Virus record (IMG/VR): IMGVR_UViG_3300033145_000192
Location: 113,376 to 177,375 of that record
Direction: 5' to 3' (one strand)
Length of the DNA stretch: 64,000 nucleotides
From: a virus
The notes under the pieces are model-generated. The model saw nothing but the letters and a program-made list of their open reading frames with translations. It ran no database searches and was not told where the DNA came from. The position numbers were made by a program, and so were the translations under genes. This document shows, one piece after another, positions 1 through 11,575 of the stretch. Positions within the stretch are counted from its first letter, which is position 1. Each line of letters begins with the position of its first letter.

Positions 1-3000
1 TCGTAATTGAATCAATCTTCTCGATGATTTGCTTGTTCGTGTCTTGGCCACGGCTGATTCCTTCATTCAGTCTGCCAATTGACTCAGCGAATCCTTCAGT
101 CAATATCCTCTGCATATTACGCGCAGCATCTTCCGATACCTTCGTGGTGTTATTACTCAACTGCTCAGAAAGCTTCAAGAACTTGTCAACTGCATCGGCA
201 GCCTGACCCTTTGTCTTGATGCCTCTAGCTACATCACCAAATCCCTGTGAACCTAGAAGCTGTCTTGTTCTTTCAACATTGATATGTCTACGTCCACGCT
301 TGCCTTCGCCACGAACACCCTTTAGGTCCTTGACAAACGAGGTATCTCTTCCGCCTCTTTGTTGTAGTAGTCCTCTAAAGCTACTCTCAACGGCTTCCTT
401 GCCACCTTCCTGTGCCATTAGGTGCTTGTAAATTGCGCGTCCTTGTCCACGCTTGCCGCCCCCATGAACCTTGAGACTTTGACGCTTCAGCCTTCTTAGC
501 AGATTACGCTGCTCTCTAGTTCCTCCGCTATCCGAAATCTTACGCTCAAGCTCCTTTATGCGTGGGTCAATTAGTCTAACTCCTCCACCTCCGATGGTAG
601 GACGAACTGTTTTCTGTAGCCTTGACAAGACTCCACCCATACCCTGCTTGAATTGTCCACCACCCATTCCGCCAGGAGCAGTTAGGGCACCAATTCCACT
701 TGGCCTCTTACCCATTCCAGTGATTTCTCCAAGGACCCTTGCGAATTCCTTGAGCTTCGGAGTGGCTTCATCCATACTGCCAGCCAATTTATCAGTAGAG
801 CCCTTCAGCTTCTCCTTCTTAGGGTCAACTGCGGGTAGGTCTCCAATTGTGCCACTAGAGATGATTCCCTGAACATAGTCGATGGTTTCCTTGGTTGCAG
901 TCTTATTCCTGATGTCCTTCATCATCTTCTGGATTCCAGCAACGGTTTCCATTTCCTTCTTGTAGCTGGCCTTTCTCTTCTCATCTCTCTCTGGGTCTCT
1001 CTTATAGCCGGAGTCTCTGAAGTCTTGCTGCAATTGGCCTCTTACATCCCACTGCTTGTGCCTGAAGCCCTTAAGTGCCTCCCATACCTTCTCACTTCCC
1101 TTTACTCTACCCTCTGGACCAAGTATTTTACCATACGCTGCTGTGGTGAGTCTAGCACGGTTAAGTGCATCAATACCGGTCTTTAGCTTGTCCATGTCTG
1201 TAGTAAGCTGGGCTCTAGAACCCTGTAGCGCCTTGATAATATCGGTCCTTTGCTGCATTGCAATCTGAGCATCTAGGGACGCAACCTTCAATAGCTGCTG
1301 CTGAATGTTGGCATCGAACTCGTCTATTGCGATAATCCTGTCTTGCTTTTCCTTAATCTGCTTCTGGATTTCTGCGATGCGAGCGGCTTCCTTCTCTCTC
1401 TGCTTTCCAATCTTTTCTGGTGAGAATATCTGTAGTTGACTGAATAGCTGTAGTAGCTCCTTATTGCCAACTCCACTTACTAGCTCTGGTCCACCAAATC
1501 TATCTTGTGACTGCATACCCTGAAGGACACGAAGTAGGACTTGGCTGCCGCCCTGCTCCCTTACTCTCTTGATTCTGCCACCAAGCTGTCCCAGCCCCTC
1601 CTTACCAACACCCTTGATACCGCTAACAAAGGCTTTGGCCAGGTTCATGTTCTTGATAGCTTCTTTGAACTTATCTGGACTTTCGAGAAGTAGACGGCCA
1701 AACTCAGCCTGCTGATTACGCCTTTGGGCATATAGCTGATTTTCCTGCTGCATACGCGTTTGGAGAGCGCCTATTTGCTGCTGTAGGGCGACCTTTCTAA
1801 TCTCTATTTCGCGCTGAGTGCTCCTTACTCTAAGTTCTACATCGGAACGTAGTTCGGCTGCGGCCTGCCTTTCATTAGCAAGCTTGAATCTGATAAGTCC
1901 TGTTTCTTCGTCAACAACCGTTTGGTTTGCCTTAACGCCTGCTACCTTGATTGCCTTAGATAGCGCACCTATCATTTGACCTAGGCCAGCAGTTCCGCCA
2001 ACGCCTGGACCAACAGTTCCAAGCTGCCTACCGGCTCCATGCTGGATAGCAGCCAATTGCTGCGCGGCTCCACGCCTGATTTCAGTTAGTCTACGCTCTA
2101 CGCTTGCACCACTGGTCTCAAGTAGCTGTAGTTGCTTACCTGACATGTCAGAGATTTTCTTAACAAGCGCACTGCCTATGGTGGCAAATACTGAAGCTAG
2201 TCTTTCCTGTGCTCCTATTACATTTTCGAACGCACCAGCAGCATTAGAAGCGGCCTCTTCCCATGCCTGAATCTGGTCGAGTGTCTTGTCCTTAGACCAC
2301 TCTACCATATCCATTTGGGCCTTCATCTCAGCCGCTAGCATATTGTGCTTGGCGTCCTCAATTTGCTTCGCAGTCTTCTTACTGCTAGCCTGAAGACGCT
2401 TGGCTTCTTCGCTACTCTCAGCCGTAGTTGAATCTAGTAGTCCCTTTTGTATCGTCAACGACTCAATTTGTCTCTTGAATTCACCCTTGTCAAACTTTAG
2501 AGTAGCGCCGATTGCACTTCTGCCACCAACACCAGCCATCATTCCCTGTTGAATTACACTTCGCTGCTTCGCAAGGTTATTGTCTTCCTCTTGGATACGT
2601 AGGATGCGCTCTAGAACAACGAGTCTTTCTTGTTCTACTTCCGCCATTTTTCCTACGGTTTCAAATCCAAGCTGCTTCAACTTGGCATACTTAGATTCCA
2701 TTGCTTTTCTGAGGGTTACCTGATAGGCTGCGTCAGCTTCGCCCTCGGCAATTTGCAAGCCTATACGCTCAATGTCCTTAAGGATTTTGGCTCTTCGTTT
2801 TGCAGCATCTACCGCAGCAGCCGCCCTTTCGGCGTCATTCTTTGCTTCCTTAGCAACCTGCTGTCTAGTAGTAAGTTCGGCCTTTAGCTCCTCTAGCCTT
2901 TGCTTCTGTTGCCCAGTTAGACGGTCACCGTCCTTTACCTGGGCATTCATCCACTTGAATAGCGCCTTTGCCTTAGCTACTCCTGGGTCCTTGTTTTCAA

Positions 3001-5344
3001 TTGCAGTTAGTTTATCTAGCTGCTCTTGTGTAGCTTCGCCACTGGCCTCAATTACCCTCAATCTTTCGATTTCGGCAGTTGGCTTAATCATTCTTCTGGC
3101 TTGCTTGACGAGTTGTAGTGACTCTCCTATCTTCTTAAGGTCATTTGCCTTCTTTGTAGCTTCATCGAATTGTTCCTCATACTTACCAATGGCGAACCCA
3201 AAGCCTGCTCCAACGGCAGCACCAACAATGGCTCCGATAGGTCCACCAAGCATAGCGCCCATACCAGCGCCTCTGGCGGCTTCTCCTAGGCCCTTACCTA
3301 GTCCCTTACCTGCGGACTTGGATACAGTTTCTTCTAGAGGACCAGAGATAGCAGTAAGCGCCATACCAGCGACCATACTGCCCATACCTGGCATCATCCT
3401 GCCCATACCAGAGCCCATGCCACCAAAGCGGCTAGCAATGCCACGACCAGCGCCAGCAACTCCACGGCCTGCCATTCTGGCACCAAAGCCGCCAACCTGT
3501 CCTGCTCCTCTTAGGAAACCACCAGCCCTGCTGCCCATAACAGCACCACCGGCTCTTCGTCCAACGTCAGCTACTCTTCCTCCGACTGCACCAAAGCCAC
3601 CAGCGATACGGCTACCAAATCCGCCAACGGCACTCATGCCACGACCGAGTGTGCTTCTCTGTCTCTGCATAGCTCCTAGGCCAGTAGCCATTGGGGCTTG
3701 TGCTCCAATTGCTGCGCCACCCATTGTTCTGGCAGATTGTGCTACCTTGTTGCTAAGGTTTTGAATACCTACGCCAAGCCTACTCTTGTTAATCTTGTCT
3801 GCTGTGGAACTAACACTGGCCCCAAAGGACTTAAGTGGCTGCTTGACATTCTTATTGAAATCACCCGCTCTACTCTTGTCAAAGTCCGCAGAACGAGCCA
3901 GTGCTCTCTTCGTGATATCAGCCTGTGCTCCAGTGCTGGCACGAGTTGTTAGCCTTTCTCCACTGCGCATAATGGCAGAGGTTGGGTCACCAGTTACGGT
4001 TTGGCCTCTGCGTCTCATGGCAGAAAGCTTGCTTGCAGCCCTCTGTGTTGGAGATACAGTGTGTCCAGCCTGTGACCTTAGTGCGACTCTCATAGGGTCG
4101 TTAGCTGGCATTGATGATAGTTGTCTCATACCAGGAGTTGTCATTGCTGGCATTGGCATTGGCATGCCTGGCATTGGTGCCATCATACCTGGTAGTGGTG
4201 TAAGTCCACCTCTTACCTTCTTCAATGCCTCTGTGGATTGCCACTGCCTCATTCCTGCTAGAGCTGGATATTGCATTGGCATTGTTCTGTCTGCACCAGC
4301 GCCGATACTGCGAAGACCTCCTCTTACTCCTTGAAGTGCGGAAACCTGTCCAGCAATTGGCGCACCCTGTCCGACTCTCGTTGGTCTTCCGGCAAACATG
4401 TTTCCACGAACATTCGGTCCACCGAACCACGCCTTTGTTGCTTTGGATGCAGTAGATGCTGGGGCATTAGGATGCATAGGCTGTGAGTATGGCAACATAC
4501 TCTGTCTTCTTTGTTGCCTCTGCATGCCCAGGACTTCTCTATCCTGACGCCTATAGTTTAGGTTTCCAGGTGCGCTTCCTAGTGGACGACCAGCCATTTG
4601 CCTTGTTGGCGTTCCTGCTGGCTGTAGTCTACTACTTGCCTTACCCGTGAAGAATACTCTTGTTCCTAGTGACGCAGAGCTAGCTGGAGCCTTTGGGTCT
4701 AGGTGTGAAGGTAGACGTGGGCCCTGCATTGCCCCAGTTGTTGGGAATGTTCTAGTAGCTCTTGTTGTTCCGGACCTTAGCATTGCGGAGCTTACCGCTG
4801 GGGAAAGACCTCTTCCTCCCATATTTCTGGCAACTGCCGCTTCTCTTGCAAAGTCTCTTCCAGTTCCTAGGCCAGAGAGTTGGAGCTTCCTTTGTCCACC
4901 CCACGATGCACCCTCGATTTGTCCACCACTTCTAGTAGGACCTATTCTGCGTCTACCACCTAGAGGAAGTGTTGGTAGAGGGAGTTGTCGTTGTCCAGCA
5001 GCGGCAAGGAAATCCTTTGAATAACCAGAACTGCCAGGACTAAGTAGACGACCACCCACTCCGGGATGTTGGCCACCACCACCAAGCCATCCTCTTGTAA
5101 AGCCGGGACTAGGTAGCTGACCACCTTGGGCACTTGGAATTGGACCCAACATGCCACCGGCAGGACCACGGGTTCCGCCTGCTCCTGGGAGTCGTGCAGT
5201 TCCAGCAGTAAATCTTCTGAAGTCACGACCGGCAATTAGTGACCCGCCGCCACCACCGATGAAAGGTCCAGCGCCAAATCCTGCTCTACCGGCTCCAGCA
5301 GCGCCACCGCCGCCTCCACCTCTTCCACCGCCTCCACCGCGATA
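1..5344 (-). CDS. Tape measure protein, C-terminal portion (partial, runs off the left edge; joined to 5236-6993 by a -1 frame change)
   Basis: No stop found in this minus frame in the stretches I read or inferred from mirror ORFs (1-120, 2772-5344; 121-2771 not read codon by codon, but the frame is the same on both sides). Missing from the ORF track, probably because its stop lies outside the window. Gly/Ala-rich then coiled-coil-like sequence. Confidence 0.8.
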
Positions 5345-6993
5345 ATGCCGCCTCTTACCATACCGGCTGGTCCACCAGCGGCAGATATTCTTCTAGAGCC
5401 AGATTCGATTACTCTTTGCTGCCCAATGATGTCATTGAGGGCTGCGGAAACTTCCTTGACTGACCTTACTGAATCTCTCAAGCCTGCTACGAAATTCCAT
5501 ACGGCCCTTACAATCGTAACGCCGATTGTTATTCCAATCGCAGTAAGTATTGTCGAGTTACTAGCAATGAGACCTATCGTAGACTTGAATCCATCTACCA
5601 TGGCTGTAGCGCCAGAAATCACCATCTTCAAGAAGGTTCGCGTTTCTTCAGAGTTTACTAGAGAAACGAACGCTGCCTTAAGTCTGTTGATAGAACCCTG
5701 AAGACTGTTAGCCAAGTCCTCATTCTTACGCATTACGGCAATCGTGCTTTCGACTGCGAACTTGACTCTCTCCTCTTCATCACCAAACTTCTCAACGGAC
5801 TCTCTTAGTTTGTCGATGTTTAGGGCGTAGGCAAGTGTCTGTTCGATGTTTCTACCACCAAAAGCTCGCGCCAACTGCTCGGAGATAGCGGTTCCAGCAG
5901 TATCACGGATTCTCTCTAGGATATCTAGGATGACTGTTAGTCCCTTGATTTGGCCGCTAGATGGGTCAATGACCTCAATGCCACTGATTTCCTTAATCAT
6001 CTTCTGGTTCTTTGCGGCGAATGTAACCATTCTCCTAAGACCAGTTGATAGGCGGCTTACGCTAGCACCAGTTACGTTGAAGCCTGTGGCGATGAATGCC
6101 ATAGTCTGGTCTAGGTTAATGTTTTGAACATTCCTGAAAGCCGAACCGACTCTACGCGTTGCCTCCATCAATTCCTTGGCGTTAGCAATGGTCCTACTGG
6201 ACGTGGCAGCTAGCTGGCTAGAAATCTTGGTGAAGATGCCCATTTCCGTAGAGGCATCCTTGGCCACACCGATGTATTGGAGCTTAATGGCTGTAAGGCT
6301 ACGAACGGCATCGGTAGCACTCAATAGTCCATCCTCAAGACGAACTAGAGTCGTTACGGCATTTAGGAACTCGCTACTTGCGGTAGCCGTAGAGGAGCCC
6401 AGCTTTGTTGTCACTCCAATTAGTTGTTGACCAACACGAGCGGTCGTTAGAACGGCGTCAGTAACATCATCTAGGGAAAGACCAAGTTTCCTAGAAGTAT
6501 TGATGATTAGGTTGATACCTGCCGAAGTCTTCTTTGCTTCAGACCCTAGCTTTGCGAATGCCTTTGCCGTTGTTCCCAGTCCTGCCATTGCATCAGAAAG
6601 TCCCGCAACATCACGCGTAAGACCTTTGGTTGCTTTACTTGTTTCAATGAATACGCGGCCTCCACCAGCGAAGAAAGATAGCCTGCGAGCCTGAGTATCA
6701 AGCTTGATGATTTGCTGAACAGCAGACTTTAGCGCACCAATAGTAGCGAAGATGGCGGCGGCTGGAGCAGTCCAAGCCATTAGCCTCTTGGCAGCAAACT
6801 GGACCTGTCTACCAAACTGGAACGCATTAGACGTTCCTTGCTTGATAGCCTTGTTCAAGTTTACCTGGTTTTTGGTTACTCTATCAATCAGTCTAGAGCT
6901 TTGGCCCATGAATATCCTGTTGATATCCATTTGGGCTCTTTTAATTGATGATGGAGTGATGCCAACACTAAATTGAATGTCATCTCTGGGCAT
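5236..6993 (-). CDS. Tape measure protein, N-terminal portion (TP901-like core)
   Basis: ELMEATRRVGSAFRNVQNINLDQTMAFIATGFNVTGASVSRLSTGLRRM resembles the TMP core; lies after tail tube and chaperone genes; RBS GTAGGAG. Confidence 0.85.
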   Translation of the reverse strand: MPRDDIQFSVGITPSSIKRAQMDINRIFMGQSSRLIDRVTKNQVNLNKAIKQGTSNAFQFGRQVQFAAKRLMAWTAPAAAIFATIGALKSAVQQIIKLDTQARRLSFFAGGGRVFIETSKATKGLTRDVAGLSDAMAGLGTTAKAFAKLGSEAKKTSAGINLIINTSRKLGLSLDDVTDAVLTTARVGQQLIGVTTKLGSSTATASSEFLNAVTTLVRLEDGLLSATDAVRSLTAIKLQYIGVAKDASTEMGIFTKISSQLAATSSRTIANAKELMEATRRVGSAFRNVQNINLDQTMAFIATGFNVTGASVSRLSTGLRRMVTFAAKNQKMIKEISGIEVIDPSSGQIKGLTVILDILERIRDTAGTAISEQLARAFGGRNIEQTLAYALNIDKLRESVEKFGDEEERVKFAVESTIAVMRKNEDLANSLQGSINRLKAAFVSLVNSEETRTFLKMVISGATAMVDGFKSTIGLIASNSTILTAIGITIGVTIVRAVWNFVAGLRDSVRSVKEVSAALNDIIGQQRVIESGSRRISAAGGPAGMVRGGIIAVEAVEEVEAAVALLEPVEQDLALDLSSVVAAGH

Positions 6994-7007
6994 TTAATTC
7001 TCCTACG

Positions 7008-7050
7008 AAAAAAGACCATGTGCGCAGTTAATTATCTGAGCAACATGGCC
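7008..7050 (-). terminator. Intrinsic terminator-like hairpin just upstream of the TMP gene
   Basis: GGCCATGT...ACATGGTC followed by TTTTTT on the minus strand. Confidence 0.6.
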
Positions 7051-7075
7051 TTTAGTTTAGTCCGTTTGAGAGGAT

Positions 7076-7855
7076 TTAGTCTTTGGATGCAGCCTTCTTT
7101 TTTCTCTTCTTAGCCTTTTTAGGCTTTGCTTCTGGTTCCGGTTCATCAGCTTCGGCCTCTACTTCTGCCTCTGCTTCTGCTTCTTTTGCTGCTTCTTCTG
7201 CTTCTATCTTTACTCGTTCTTCCTCGGCCACTCGTTCTGAATAGGCTGTTAGCCACCTGTTCTCAGAATAGATTTGGCTAAGGTCGCTTGGAAGCTCTTC
7301 ACCCATGGTGACCTCTAGGGATGCGATTACCGTCTCCATATAGGAGTCCCTAGCTGCCTGCTCCTCGGCACGACTTTTGAAATCCTCTACACTCTTATAT
7401 ACACGAGAACCAGTTGTCTTGTGATAGATACATTGGGTAACCAGGAATTGGTTACGCTCTTCTCCACCAACAGATTCACATGTGTTCTCGGCAATAGAGA
7501 CAATGGGGTCGTTATGATTCTGGAGTTCGGTTCTAAGCACAACAAGCTCTTCACAGATAGCCTTTGCTGCTTCATCCCCAAGCTCTTCTTCTCCATCCTT
7601 CAGTTTGGCTTCTAGATTTCCAATCTGGAGTTGGAGCACTGCTGCCTCACGCTCCTTATCGTCATCCCAAATGCCACGCTCACGTAGAATCTTTTCTACC
7701 TCAACGCTGGTCAGGATGCCATCCCTAAAGCATTTCGAGAATGTCTTTTTGAAAATCAACTCTGCCGCGTTAAGCGAACCTTGACTTGGTGGACGGAATT
7801 CCAAAACCAAATCGTTTCCATTCTCATCCTTCGTGGTGAAAACCCTAATCCTCAT
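7076..7855 (-). CDS. Putative tail assembly chaperone
   Basis: 259-aa helical, acidic ORF directly before TMP; function inferred from position. Confidence 0.5.
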   Translation of the reverse strand: MRIRVFTTKDENGNDLVLEFRPPSQGSLNAAELIFKKTFSKCFRDGILTSVEVEKILRERGIWDDDKEREAAVLQLQIGNLEAKLKDGEEELGDEAAKAICEELVVLRTELQNHNDPIVSIAENTCESVGGEERNQFLVTQCIYHKTTGSRVYKSVEDFKSRAEEQAARDSYMETVIASLEVTMGEELPSDLSQIYSENRWLTAYSERVAEEERVKIEAEEAAKEAEAEAEVEAEADEPEPEAKPKKAKKRKKKAASKD

Positions 7856-7866
7856 CCTATCCTCCG

Positions 7867-8166
7867 TTATTCTGGTGGCGGGATAATCTTGAAATCAATG
7901 TGATAGTTCAAGAACTCAATGTTGTATTGATTATCCAACTCAGATTCCATGTTCCGAATTTGGTCGTTACCAATATTCAATATCTTAGACCTCAGCTTCC
8001 TGAAGGTCTCCTCTTCCAGTGCTCCGTCTGCCCTCTCTTTATCAAGGGCATCTAGAACTCCTACATAAATACGTTTCATCTTGTGACGGACGCTAGCCTT
8101 CAACTTCTTCTTGGACTTGTCAGACCAATTGTCTGTTTTTTTCTCGATGTGTTTACCAAGCCTCAT
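7867..8166 (-). CDS. Hypothetical protein (tail module)
   Basis: 99-aa ORF tightly packed in the operon. Confidence 0.6.
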   Translation of the reverse strand: MRLGKHIEKKTDNWSDKSKKKLKASVRHKMKRIYVGVLDALDKERADGALEEETFRKLRSKILNIGNDQIRNMESELDNQYNIEFLNYHIDFKIIPPPE

Positions 8167-9365
8167 CAGATTGTCCCTCCTGGGAACTGCTTGAAGGCGT
8201 TCCGACCACCTTGTCGCCCGCCTCGTCGTTGTCCACCACGGCTCTTCTTATCCAAAACAGCATCGGTAGAACCGATTATTCTTCGCGCACCACGATTGTT
8301 TCGTGAACGCAAGTCCTTTTCGTTCAATACCTTCTTATCTCGGATATGACCAAGCTCCTTCATTTTGAACTTACGAGTATTAGGTGAGTTTAACTCATCA
8401 ACAACGGCTGTGTCTGGTGCGTTAGGGTTGATGTCCGGGTTGGTTACGATGAACACTTCACCGTGTCGTGCTACCTCTTGCGATACCTTAACGCCACGTC
8501 CGACATCTTCTCTAGTTCCAGAAGTCCTAGACTTTCTCTTCTTGCGTTGCTTATCTTGCACCTCGAACCAAGCATCCAATTTAGCATCATTTTCAATCAC
8601 CTCCTCTGGTGGAGGCTCTGGAGATTCGTATACAGAGTCATATACCTGACTCCAGTATAGTAGATTTTGTTGGTCATTGTCCAACTCAATAATCGGTTTT
8701 CCAAACAAACTATCTATGTTGCTCTTTGCACCATTCCACCTAAAGCGCCAGTGGGAACTTCTAGCAACCTCTCTTGTTTCACTAATAGGAACAGTGGTAT
8801 CTTCGGCTAACGCAATTATCAACCCACCAATTAGAGTTATATCGGTTTCGTTTAGGAAATCGTCCCACGTTTCCCATAACCTCTTGTCGTTCTCATCATA
8901 CGATAAGCAGTAGGCTAGTGCAAGACTTCTGACTTCTTCTGCATATACTTCTGCCGAAGCGGCAAACATCGACCGCTTCTTTTGTTCTAGTTCTTTTAGT
9001 GCGCGGCCTTGGGCTTCAATAACCTTGGCAGTTCTCTTGAAAACTCTTGAATTCTTCTTCGCACCTGTGATTTCTTCCCCAAGCTCCTTGATGCGCTTTT
9101 TGGACCGCTTAATGGCATCGTCCTCATGTGGACCCCATAGCTCTCGCTCATTTAGAATTCGCTTAAGCTCAAAGCGACCCAAAACACCAGTAGACATAGC
9201 TTCCTTGAGCGCCTTATCATAAATGAAAGACACAAAGCCTTTTTGTCTACTATTTGGGGATTTGAGTATGACAATCTTTTTCTTGCCATATTCATTTTCG
9301 ATGTAATTATACCTGGAGCCCCACGTAATCCTAGCAATCCTATCCTCAATCTCCTCTGGAGACAC
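8166..9365 (-). CDS. Hypothetical protein, possible tail assembly chaperone
   Basis: 399-aa ORF between tail tube and TMP; GTG start with GGGGGTGG RBS. Confidence 0.55.
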   Translation of the reverse strand: MSPEEIEDRIARITWGSRYNYIENEYGKKKIVILKSPNSRQKGFVSFIYDKALKEAMSTGVLGRFELKRILNERELWGPHEDDAIKRSKKRIKELGEEITGAKKNSRVFKRTAKVIEAQGRALKELEQKKRSMFAASAEVYAEEVRSLALAYCLSYDENDKRLWETWDDFLNETDITLIGGLIIALAEDTTVPISETREVARSSHWRFRWNGAKSNIDSLFGKPIIELDNDQQNLLYWSQVYDSVYESPEPPPEEVIENDAKLDAWFEVQDKQRKKRKSRTSGTREDVGRGVKVSQEVARHGEVFIVTNPDINPNAPDTAVVDELNSPNTRKFKMKELGHIRDKKVLNEKDLRSRNNRGARRIIGSTDAVLDKKSRGGQRRGGRQGGRNAFKQFPGGTI

Positions 9366-9383
9366 ACCACCCCCTTATAGGGT

Positions 9384-9406
9384 AAAGGGGCGAGCAAGCC
9401 CGCCCC
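9384..9406 (-). terminator. Intrinsic terminator after the tail tube gene
   Basis: GGGGCGGGC-TT-GCTCGCCCC-TTT on the minus strand. Confidence 0.65.
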
Positions 9407-9427
9407 AGACCTTTCCTTAACCAGACC

Positions 9428-10585
9428 TTATAGGAACACCTCGTGCGAGATTGTCAAATCGTTGAAGGTGCTGTAGTTGTAAGTCACGCTCATGTTGTCG
9501 CCACCAGCTTCTCCACCCGTTAGGTCGATAGACTGCAAACGACTCTTGTTTCCAAGGTTAATCCTCAAACCCTCGCAGAGCTTGATGATGATTTCCTGGT
9601 CAGCAGTGTTCTCGGCTACAACGCAGTTCACTGCCTCGTAGGAGATAGCATCGACCAAGTCACCCTGGGAAGTAATTGCCTCAATGGCGCACGTTACCTC
9701 AACTGGATAGGAAACATACTTGAAGAACGGACGCTTGGAGCCAAGCTCAAAGATGTCCTCACGTCCAAGGTCACAGGAAATTGTGATGCCCTGAATGTGC
9801 TCGCTGATGTTTGTCAATGTTCCGGACGCACTGACGCCAGGAATATCGGTTGGTAGGCGAGATACAACTAGGTCGAAGCCTTCGCGTCTTTCGACACCAG
9901 AACCGATTGTCGTAGCGGACTCACCACCACTCGTTGTGAATGGAGTAATTCCACCAGGATTAGGAGCCAAGATACCACTTGGGTAACCTAGCTGCGTCTG
10001 CGTGCTTCCACCATCTCCAACACCGCTACCTCTTAGTAGGTTAGTTGGAAGTGGGTCTCCACCCTCAAAGTTGGACCAAATCTTGTCATTACCAACTAGG
10101 GTGACAGACTCGGTGAAGTTTCCGTCAACTGGGAACGAGTAGTTGATGGAGCTTAGATACATACCGGAACCGTATGCCATAGATAGTGGCGTTCCAATTG
10201 CGCTCGTCTGAGTATCCGCATAGATAGGAACGGCAATGTCTGCTCTATAGCTGGCAGTTCTCCCGATAAGAGTCGAAGTTCCACGAGGACCAGTAGTCAT
10301 GAACCATAGAGGCTTAGTTCCATCAAGAACCTTCTCAATGGTGAACTCAATCTCTGGCTCAAGCTCTACATACTCGTATAGCTGGATTTGACCAAGCTGG
10401 AATACTTGTTCGAAGTTGAATGTCGTTGTCATTCCAACGGACTGAACGCCGCGTGGGATATCCCAGCGGCCAGAAGGAGCAACGTCAACTCCTGCGATAA
10501 GTGGAACTACTTCGTTTGTGGGTGTAGTCCCATTTTCCTTAATTGCTACACTGTGAATAGCGTAGAATACTCTATTGTTAGGCAT
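9428..10585 (-). CDS. Major tail (tube) protein
   Basis: 385 aa, beta-rich, GVQSVGMTTTFNFEQVFQLGQIQLYE pattern; own promoter motif and terminator; precedes chaperones and TMP. Confidence 0.7.
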   Translation of the reverse strand: MPNNRVFYAIHSVAIKENGTTPTNEVVPLIAGVDVAPSGRWDIPRGVQSVGMTTTFNFEQVFQLGQIQLYEYVELEPEIEFTIEKVLDGTKPLWFMTTGPRGTSTLIGRTASYRADIAVPIYADTQTSAIGTPLSMAYGSGMYLSSINYSFPVDGNFTESVTLVGNDKIWSNFEGGDPLPTNLLRGSGVGDGGSTQTQLGYPSGILAPNPGGITPFTTSGGESATTIGSGVERREGFDLVVSRLPTDIPGVSASGTLTNISEHIQGITISCDLGREDIFELGSKRPFFKYVSYPVEVTCAIEAITSQGDLVDAISYEAVNCVVAENTADQEIIIKLCEGLRINLGNKSRLQSIDLTGGEAGGDNMSVTYNYSTFNDLTISHEVFL

Positions 10586-10640
10586 TTTCTACTCCCTCCG
10601 AATTAGGACTGCTGATGTCTAAAACCACTGGCTACTTGAT

Positions 10641-10648
10641 TATACACC
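10641..10648 (-). promoter_or_regulatory. Putative late promoter GGTGTATA
   Basis: Same motif recurs upstream of several structural genes (see findings). Confidence 0.65.
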
Positions 10649-10654
10649 AAACAC

Positions 10655-11575
10655 CTAAAAGTTCGGATATACTCTAGCATTAAAATTGACTCTGGTGCGC
10701 TCTATCTCAAACAAAGGCATATCCTTCGTCGGACCAGTTTGGTCTAGATAGATTCGTCTCCAAAAATATTGGCCATTCACATCAGCCAAGGTTGAGTAAG
10801 TTGTGAAATTTGGATTGCGTTCCCCTCTACTTAAGAGTGGATATTGAGCCGTATTGAAGTCGATTCCAACGAGCACTTGTCTTTGTTCATCCGCAAGGAT
10901 ATCCTCAATCATATCCCTTTGGAAATCATCGTGTGCCCATACATGGAATACACCAAAATAATCGGCAACTAGTGACCTCCAACCGAGTTCGTATCCAAAC
11001 GACGTTCTGGTCAATATATCAATGAATACGGCAGGAAGCGTCCTTGTATCTGATGTAGGATAACTCTCTACACCAGTTTGGGCCGGGTTATCTTTCATCG
11101 AAGTCTCTATTTGCAATGGCATGTTTTCATTATTGAATGCATTGGCGAAATCAACAGTGACTTCTTTGAATGAGTAGTTTGCTTGAACAACTGGGCTGCC
11201 CGTTAGTGGACTATCGAAAATCACTCTTCCATTTGGAAAATCAATTATGTGCGCGTATGTCCCAGTTGTCTGTGTCGTCTGATAAAACGTCCCGTCTACT
11301 ATAACACCAGAAGAGACAACCGGAGGCGAGATAATTCCGGATTCGATAGGAATGATACCGCTCTCATAGACCCAGCCTTTGTATGGACTTTGGAACACAG
11401 TTCCGTCAACAGGAAATGTGGGGTCTTGGGATGGCATCAAACGACTTATGTCATTTCCATACACATCCGTAGTTCCAGATGCAATAGTGGTGAAGAGTCC
11501 ATGTCTGAGGAATAGGTCATTTAGCCACAACTCAAGGTTTGACTTTAGCAATGCTTTCTTGCCCATTGTAGCCAT
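10655..11575 (-). CDS. Putative tail terminator / neck protein
   Basis: 306 aa, immediately upstream of the tail tube gene; positional call. Confidence 0.5.
   Translation of the reverse strand: MATMGKKALLKSNLELWLNDLFLRHGLFTTIASGTTDVYGNDISRLMPSQDPTFPVDGTVFQSPYKGWVYESGIIPIESGIISPPVVSSGVIVDGTFYQTTQTTGTYAHIIDFPNGRVIFDSPLTGSPVVQANYSFKEVTVDFANAFNNENMPLQIETSMKDNPAQTGVESYPTSDTRTLPAVFIDILTRTSFGYELGWRSLVADYFGVFHVWAHDDFQRDMIEDILADEQRQVLVGIDFNTAQYPLLSRGERNPNFTTYSTLADVNGQYFWRRIYLDQTGPTKDMPLFEIERTRVNFNARVYPNF

Noticed and set aside
1-5236. Stop-codon reassignment (code 15) as the reason for the missing long ORF and the release factor
   Set aside because: The TMP frame is open without read-through in the parts checked and simply leaves the window; genes such as TerL end normally at TAG.
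7076-9365. Lambda G/GT-type chaperone frameshift
   Set aside because: No convincing slippery heptamer near the ORF ends, and each ORF has its own start.
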